DNA of 64,000 nucleotides from Parcubacteria group bacterium (lineage in GTDB: Bacteria > Patescibacteriota > Minisyncoccia > Phycocordibacterales > Phycocordibacteraceae). The notes beneath the pieces are model-generated. The model worked only from the letters and a program-made list of their open reading frames with translations. It made no database searches and was not told where the DNA came from. Below, piece after piece: positions 58,749 to 64,000 of this stretch (position 1 is the first letter of the stretch; every line of letters begins with the position of its first letter). A program made the translations under genes and the position numbers. The stretch lies in the NCBI GenBank assembly GCA_028286615.1, contig JAQBRG010000003.1:13125-77124 (forward strand). Reading direction: 5' to 3'.

Positions 58749-59153
58749 CTACATTGCGAAGAACTTAATAGCAAGGAGATACGAACCTCCCGCAGCAAGT
58801 GCAGATACCACAACTCCCCACATAAGATCTACGATCGAGACAATGCCTGGCCAGTTGGTTAGGGTTGCCCAGTTCGTGAAGTCATAGGAAGCGTATACGG
58901 CAAGCCCCAGAAAACCCCCGAGAAGCATGGCCTTAAGAAGCGAGCGAGCTTCAAGAGCCGGAGCAACAGCAAAGTATGCAAGAGCAAAACAGAAGATTAT
59001 GTAGAACGCGAGAGCCGCGGGCCACACTACGCTAGGAGAAAGCAGGTTCCCCATTTGTTCTCGATAGAAGCTGTGCGCAAGAAGACCAATCCATAGCAAA
59101 TCTAGGAGGAAAATAACCGGGAATGCGAGTGCCGCGAGGATGGTTGTTTGCAT
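58749..59153 (-). CDS. DUF2177 family membrane protein
   Basis: LDLLWIG, YASYDFTNWATLTNWP...VDLMWG. Confidence 0.85.
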   Translation of the reverse strand: MQTTILAALAFPVIFLLDLLWIGLLAHSFYREQMGNLLSPSVVWPAALAFYIIFCFALAYFAVAPALEARSLLKAMLLGGFLGLAVYASYDFTNWATLTNWPGIVSIVDLMWGVVVSALAAGGSYLLAIKFFAM

Positions 59154-59269
59154 ATGTCATAAAGTATACATGCAATATCCAGCAAGACATCAGATTTTCA
59201 CTACTCCTCAATACGAATGCAACCTGTCCATATTGACCGCGTATTTCATCTGCGAGAAAATAGAATTAT

Positions 59270-59569
59270 ATGGATGCTGTCGAGAAAAAAATTGATGATT
59301 TAGCCGGCATGTTTGCTCGAGGTTTTTCTGAGCTGAGAGAAGACTTTAATACGTTTAGAGAAGAGATACACGAAGATATGGATACTTTAAAGGAGGAGAT
59401 GCATGGAGACATGGACACTCTTCGAGAGGAGATGCATGGAGACATGCGCATCTTAAAAGAAGACGTGAAGATTATTCTTGATAAGCACACTCATGCAGTT
59501 CACAAGGACTATGACGGACTTGCTACACGGGTTAAAGATTTAGAGGTATATACAGGAATATATAAGTAA
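59270..59569 (+). CDS. Coiled-coil protein with 11-aa repeats
   Basis: IDDLAGMFARGF start; TFREEIHEDMD/TLKEEMHGDMD/TLREEMHGDMR. Confidence 0.7.
   Translation: MDAVEKKIDDLAGMFARGFSELREDFNTFREEIHEDMDTLKEEMHGDMDTLREEMHGDMRILKEDVKIILDKHTHAVHKDYDGLATRVKDLEVYTGIYK
59351..59449 (+). repeat. Three imperfect 33-bp coding tandem repeats
   Basis: GAGGAGATGCATGGAGACATG occurs twice exactly, 33 bp apart, with a more diverged third copy upstream. Confidence 0.75.
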
Positions 59570-59628
59570 ATCTAGACTAAAGCCTCATGGCCAGTCGCGG
59601 AGTCTATAAAGAGTAGCGGTAGCAATTC

Positions 59629-59820
59629 CTACAAACTGCTTACGTCCTTATTCAACTCTTCTAACGTGTTGTTAAGCTGTTTCAGAAGCTCAAGATACTT
59701 CTCTGGATCACTGTCCTTCAGCGAAAGGAGTTCCTCGTTTACTTTCGTAAATATGTCTTCTTGCTCCTCTTTCGTTAGTTCTCCCGTCTTAACCTTCTCC
59801 ATTAATTCCTGTAGTTCCAT
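59629..59820 (-). CDS. Small acidic helical hypothetical protein
   Basis: 63 aa ORF downstream of the 59849-60457 gene. Confidence 0.55.
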   Translation of the reverse strand: MELQELMEKVKTGELTKEEQEDIFTKVNEELLSLKDSDPEKYLELLKQLNNTLEELNKDVSSL

Positions 59821-59848
59821 ATATCTAGTTTAGGTTGAGGTAAAGGGT

Positions 59849-60457
59849 TTAAGACGCGTAAAGAGCCTTCTCTTGAGAACGCTTTTTAAGCCACGCGAGC
59901 GTAGCGCCCAAAGCACCAATGGCTGTAGCGGCGGTAGCAATAGCTAATCCTCCATTTGCCATGTCCTGACCAATAGTCTGCCATTGATTTGTAAGCGCTT
60001 CCTGCATATCCATAGCAGCATCTAACGTCCTGCCCTTCTCAGCTGCAAATGCGCCTCCAAGAACTGTTGCAAGGCCTCCTGACAAACCAAGCATAAAGGT
60101 CATGTGGAGCGCGTGCTTAGTTTTTTCATATGCAGCGTCTATCTTTGCACGCGTAAGGAGCGATGTAGATTTGGATTCCTCTTGTGCTGGACTAGCTAGG
60201 CGAGACTCGGCTTCCTGCATGATCTCGCTGTTCTGCTGAAGATTTACACCTAGTCTCTGTTCTTCTGCTGCCACCTCTTCCATAACCTCAGCGTGACGTT
60301 CTGGCGTTAAAGCAGCTGGTTCCGAAGTTTCTGCTGCAATCTCAGTATTGCTATCCAGGTTCTCAATGGCAGCCTGTGCTTCTGATATTTCTTGTGGATT
60401 TAATGCGCGAGCTTCTCCGTCAGGAACAGAATCGAACTTTGGTGTACTTTCGCTCAT
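59849..60457 (-). CDS. Hypothetical protein with acidic N-terminus and two C-terminal TM helices
   Basis: Start chosen at MSESTPKF; hydrophobic LGLSGGLATVLGGAFA and GLAIATAATAIGALGATLAWL. Confidence 0.6.
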   Translation of the reverse strand: MSESTPKFDSVPDGEARALNPQEISEAQAAIENLDSNTEIAAETSEPAALTPERHAEVMEEVAAEEQRLGVNLQQNSEIMQEAESRLASPAQEESKSTSLLTRAKIDAAYEKTKHALHMTFMLGLSGGLATVLGGAFAAEKGRTLDAAMDMQEALTNQWQTIGQDMANGGLAIATAATAIGALGATLAWLKKRSQEKALYAS

Positions 60458-60719
60458 ATATATTGGGTTATGTAGAAAGACTATCATGATTCCTTCAGAA
60501 TCAACTCTTTGGTAGGACGTCTGGGGATAGTACAAAACCTCCAAAAAGTGGTTTTTAAAGCTTCTAATTTTGATGGTCATTGGTGCACCTCCCTCATCCA
60601 ATCGCAGCCTATACATTTCCTTAGGCTAGTTGATTCGTGGAATGGTCTGAAGGGTTGAAATTGCCCTTCGGAGCCTAGAGACTCTCGGAGATTAGAACCT
60701 ATACCTTCGAATGTTTTCT

Positions 60720-61298
60720 TTATCCATTCGTTCTGGAGGATAGACGAAGCGATTCAGGTAGATACTGATCGATTTCAGCATCAGACCAGGTAAACTGCTC
60801 ACCGCCAGGTGTGCCAGCCGTGTTCAAGCGCGTTTGAGCCTCGATATATTCCTTAGGACCAGTTTGAGGGGCGAGGTCGGATATGACTTGATATTCCGCT
60901 TGCAACGAATCGCGCCGCGCAGACACAGCATCTTGGGTTGCTCTGTCGTTCATAATATCAACGATCAGGGAGCGGTACTTGTCTCTCAACTGCATGTATT
61001 TCAAGGCGGAATTCTTGTGCGAGACCGCGATCTGGTCAAAGTTAAAGGTCAACTGAACGATGAGGAAGAGAATCTCAAATGATGCAACGGCTGAGCCGAT
61101 ATAAGAGAAAACAAAATTTGAAGGGTTCCCCACCTGTAAAAGCAGCATAAGTAGCGCAACAGCGGTGATTCCGATGTTTGCAATCTTTACATGCTTACCC
61201 CATTTACCCGCATTCTCAGCAGCAACCTCCTGCACCTTGTGCGAAAAGACGCTATTTGCGAACGACTGCCTAACGATTGAAAGATTTCTGGTATCCAT
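60720..61298 (-). CDS. SLATT-domain 2-TM effector (CBASS)
   Basis: IVRQSFANSVFSHKVQEVAAE, two TMs, HKNSA..Y..LRDKY, APQT; starts 2 nt after the CD-NTase stop. Confidence 0.85.
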   Translation of the reverse strand: MDTRNLSIVRQSFANSVFSHKVQEVAAENAGKWGKHVKIANIGITAVALLMLLLQVGNPSNFVFSYIGSAVASFEILFLIVQLTFNFDQIAVSHKNSALKYMQLRDKYRSLIVDIMNDRATQDAVSARRDSLQAEYQVISDLAPQTGPKEYIEAQTRLNTAGTPGGEQFTWSDAEIDQYLPESLRLSSRTNG

Positions 61299-61300
61299 AA

Positions 61301-62644
61301 TTATCCGATGGGAACGAAAACGTGTCCGGTGGCCACGCATTGTCCATTCTTAATCATATAGCATTCGACATAGTGTTCGCCATGGTAAAGAGTGCTTTCC
61401 TTCTTTGTCTCAGTTCCGTTATCATCTGTTATCTCACCACGCAAAGCGCCTAGGTTATTCGCTTCATTGCCGAAGTTTCTAACCTTCCACTTCACACTAT
61501 ACGGCGGCGGAACATTGTGAGAGGTAATCTGGAAGACTAGACTGGCGCTTTTTTGGATACGAAAACCGCGAATCTGAAATTCGCTAAGGAGCCAGTGATT
61601 CTTGCGCCAACCTTTCTGATTGACATTCACATCCACCGTGACCGAATACGTCGGATTAATGACGGTAGGAATTCCATATGTACGGTCAAGGAACTCCTCA
61701 CCAAACGAAGGGAACAAGGTCTGTAGTTTTGCGACAATCTGATGGAAGGAAACAGTGAGCGACTTAGTCACTTCAGCAGAAGGGAAATTATCGCCGAATA
61801 CCTTCCTCCATTCCATGGAGGCTTCGGGTAAATCTCCATTATTATCGAAATCTAGAGCTTTAGCCGCGCGCGCGCCGGCGGTCTCAACTCGACTCTGCCA
61901 TGCGTTACCGAGACTGATAGCTTCACCTGAAGCAGTGATGACAGTTCCATTCACACGAGTTAGCAAATACTCGAAAAATCCGTTCACGAGAATGGCGTAT
62001 CCTTTCCCCGATATCGCATCTCCTAGGGAGTCCAGATACTGCACAACCAACACCTCGATTACAAAGGACTTAATTGGAACACCGCAGTGGTCGGCCCACT
62101 TCTTGCAGAAGCGAACCAGGTCGAGCGTCTTACCTGTTTTCTTACTTGAGTCACGAATGTACTGCATCTCCCGTACCGGATCGTAGATTTGCCATGAGCC
62201 ACCATTCTCCGTGTCGGGAATCCGGAATGTGCCATCGACAAGTTTCCATGCCGGCAGGAGTTCGACGTTATGGGTGTTGTCTGCGAACTCGATAACCACC
62301 ACTTTACCGAAGGCCTTTATGACTTCGGTTGTCGTATACGTGCTCTTCAGGGCTGAGCGAATCTCTTGAAGAAGTTGCGATTGCTTATTCCCTGCGAGCG
62401 AATCGAATCGCTTAAATTCAGTTGCAGGCATTTGAAAGAGGATGTCGATATCTCGAGGAGGTCGAATATACGTTGCCTTTCCGTAGGAGCCGACAAGGAG
62501 TTTGGTTGAGCCGTCGTATGTCGTGTTCGGATAATAAGCATCATGCAATGCCTTAGAAACGCCGTTATATTTGCGTCGAGCATCTTCCTCTTGAACATCA
62601 GTTAGCCTGATGGTCTCTAGGAATTTCTTGAAGAGCGATTCCAT
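61301..62644 (-). CDS. cGAS/DncV-like nucleotidyltransferase (SMODS) with C-terminal AGS-C domain (CBASS cyclase)
   Basis: LVGSYGKATYIRPPRDIDILF (hGS..DxD), VELLPA, WRKVFGDNFP; C-terminal KWKVRNFG...RGEI...ESTLYHGEHYVECY. Confidence 0.9.
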   Translation of the reverse strand: MESLFKKFLETIRLTDVQEEDARRKYNGVSKALHDAYYPNTTYDGSTKLLVGSYGKATYIRPPRDIDILFQMPATEFKRFDSLAGNKQSQLLQEIRSALKSTYTTTEVIKAFGKVVVIEFADNTHNVELLPAWKLVDGTFRIPDTENGGSWQIYDPVREMQYIRDSSKKTGKTLDLVRFCKKWADHCGVPIKSFVIEVLVVQYLDSLGDAISGKGYAILVNGFFEYLLTRVNGTVITASGEAISLGNAWQSRVETAGARAAKALDFDNNGDLPEASMEWRKVFGDNFPSAEVTKSLTVSFHQIVAKLQTLFPSFGEEFLDRTYGIPTVINPTYSVTVDVNVNQKGWRKNHWLLSEFQIRGFRIQKSASLVFQITSHNVPPPYSVKWKVRNFGNEANNLGALRGEITDDNGTETKKESTLYHGEHYVECYMIKNGQCVATGHVFVPIG

Positions 62645-63039
62645 GGCGTCTTCATTTTACGCCTCCTCGTGGTAGACGGCTACCTACCTGTTTTTAGGTT
62701 CTAAGTATCGTAGGGTTCCGGGAATATTAGAACCTTTAACGAATAAGGAAGTAAAACACGAAAACTCCCTTTCAAGAGTTTCGTGAACGAATGTGGACTC
62801 CCTTAGAGTTAATATGAACCAAATAATACCTGAATTGAAGCTCTACATGGACCTAATGATGTTTGAGCGAGAGTTGACCGCTAGAATTTAATAGATATCG
62901 TATTTATCGCATTATCGTTTTGTACCCCCCGGGGGGTGCCCGTAGGCCATTTTTCTTACCCCCAGCCTTACGGGATTAGGCTAATTTAAATATCTGTCAT
63001 AAAACCATTTGAGAGTTTTAAGCTAGTTCCACATTAAAT

Positions 63040-63453
63040 TCACTCTCCTTTCTTTAGTACCAGAGTTTGAAATTTCAGCCAAACATCTTCACTTGAGCCA
63101 TCGATGATCCTTTTCAGACACCAGCTGTAAGGAAATATGACACTGTCATCAGATAGAAAGTAGGGGAAAGAATCTTTACCTGACTCCTCCGAATCTCTTT
63201 GCCAATATCCTTTTTCAAGATTCCTTTCAATAACTGAAATAACATAAGCTGCAAACTCTAGAGCGATACCTCTTACCCCCTCTTCTTGCTTATCTTTTTT
63301 ATAGTCCTTATGAATTACACCCAAAATAACTTCTATTTGTTTTACTGACTCTATCGAGAAATCCAATTTAATATTACTTCCCGCGGCAATTTGAATTGCT
63401 AGGTCGGTAAGTTCATTTTGAAGTTTTGAGAGCTTAGCGGCGGTCGTTTTCAT
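63040..63453 (-). CDS. Hypothetical protein, possible toxin-immunity protein
   Basis: LDFSIESVKQIE...AAYV..VIERN..GYW...FPYSWCLKRI; AT-rich. Confidence 0.55.
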   Translation of the reverse strand: MKTTAAKLSKLQNELTDLAIQIAAGSNIKLDFSIESVKQIEVILGVIHKDYKKDKQEEGVRGIALEFAAYVISVIERNLEKGYWQRDSEESGKDSFPYFLSDDSVIFPYSWCLKRIIDGSSEDVWLKFQTLVLKKGE

Positions 63454-63479
63454 TACTTTATACTTAAACAACGAAGATG

Positions 63480-63752
63480 TTAAATATTTATAAGTCCACA
63501 AATATTAAGAAGTGAAGCTATACCTATTAAAATAAAGACCACTCCTATCATTCGAGAGAAAAAGAACATGGACGGCTTACCCATTTCCTTTGCCTGCTTC
63601 TTAAAAAGAATGAAATGGGTTTTTCTGTAAAGAGATTCTAAACCTTTAATATTTCCTGCGACAAATTGGCGAGTGAAAAATGCTGCAAATACACCTAGAA
63701 CCAGAGCTCCAGCTGACCAGAAAATATTGTAGACTGTTACAATATTCTCCAT
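63480..63752 (-). CDS. Small 2-TM hypothetical protein
   Basis: Two hydrophobic segments; tightly packed with neighbours. Confidence 0.55.
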   Translation of the reverse strand: MENIVTVYNIFWSAGALVLGVFAAFFTRQFVAGNIKGLESLYRKTHFILFKKQAKEMGKPSMFFFSRMIGVVFILIGIASLLNICGLINI

Positions 63753-63754
63753 TA

Positions 63755-64000
63755 TCAATCCACAACCTCTTCTCTATAATCTTCAGCAAGACATTCAAAT
63801 GTCCCCTCTTTCATAAAGAAGGCATAATGTTTCAAACTCGGATTACTTAATTCAGTTTTTTCTCCCTGGATATAAAATTGATTTAAATATTCTAAAGGAG
63901 CATTTTTAATTTCATAGAAGGAATGCCACTCAATTTCTGGGTAATCATTAATATTCCAAAAGCCATCATTATATTTATAGTAGCCCTCGTCATTAGGGGA
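63755..64000 (-). CDS. Partial hypothetical protein (5' end outside the window), possible immunity protein
   Basis: Hand translation ...SPNDEGYYKYNDGFWNINDYPEIEWHSFYEIKNAPLEYLNQFYIQGEKTELSNPSLKHYAFFMKEGTFECLAEDYREEVVD*. Confidence 0.6.
   Translation of the reverse strand, partial: SPNDEGYYKYNDGFWNINDYPEIEWHSFYEIKNAPLEYLNQFYIQGEKTELSNPSLKHYAFFMKEGTFECLAEDYREEVVD

Noticed and set aside
59351-59449. CRISPR-like repeats
   Set aside because: In-frame 33-bp coding repeats without unique spacers.
62760-62945. Possible att site or tRNA remnant (GTGGACTCCC..., palindrome GTACCCCCCGGGGGGTGC) next to CBASS
   Set aside because: No T arm or cloverleaf, no matching second copy and no integrase in the window, so it cannot be supported.

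Overview
This 64 kb window looks like chromosome from a Patescibacteria/CPR organism (Parcubacteria-like). The evidence is the short AlaRS, LeuRS with a Nudix insertion, truncated ATP synthase epsilon, the sigma4-HARE protein and the FtsA-like/baseplate-J-like pair; this is inferred from gene content only. Core genes are almost all on the minus strand: tRNA-Tyr, tyrS, ileS, dnaJ/dnaK/grpE, infA-rpmJ-rpsM-rpsK-rpsD-rpoA-rplQ-rplM-rpsI, alaS, an M16 peptidase pair, ung, mnmA, leuS, ychF and the atp operon; mltG is on the plus strand. The most striking accessory locus is an AT-richer island at about 6.5-14.4 kb. Its four-gene operon encodes a divergent SAM-dependent adenosyltransferase/halogenase-fold protein, a TauD-like dioxygenase, IleRS and a GTP cyclohydrolase II-HAD fusion. 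It converges on an MccF-like S66 peptidase and an M14 deacylase, and may make or detoxify an aminoacyl-nucleotide. Other notable items: a tightly coupled SET-SET-micropeptide-histidine kinase-histidine phosphatase operon; an unannotated 6S-like RNA behind rpsI; a LAGLIDADG ORF ending inside tRNA-Tyr; a two-gene CBASS (CD-NTase-AGS-C plus SLATT); DinJ-YafQ; a MazF relic; and a pervasive leaderless promoter layout. All calls come from motif recognition by eye, and no database searches were run.
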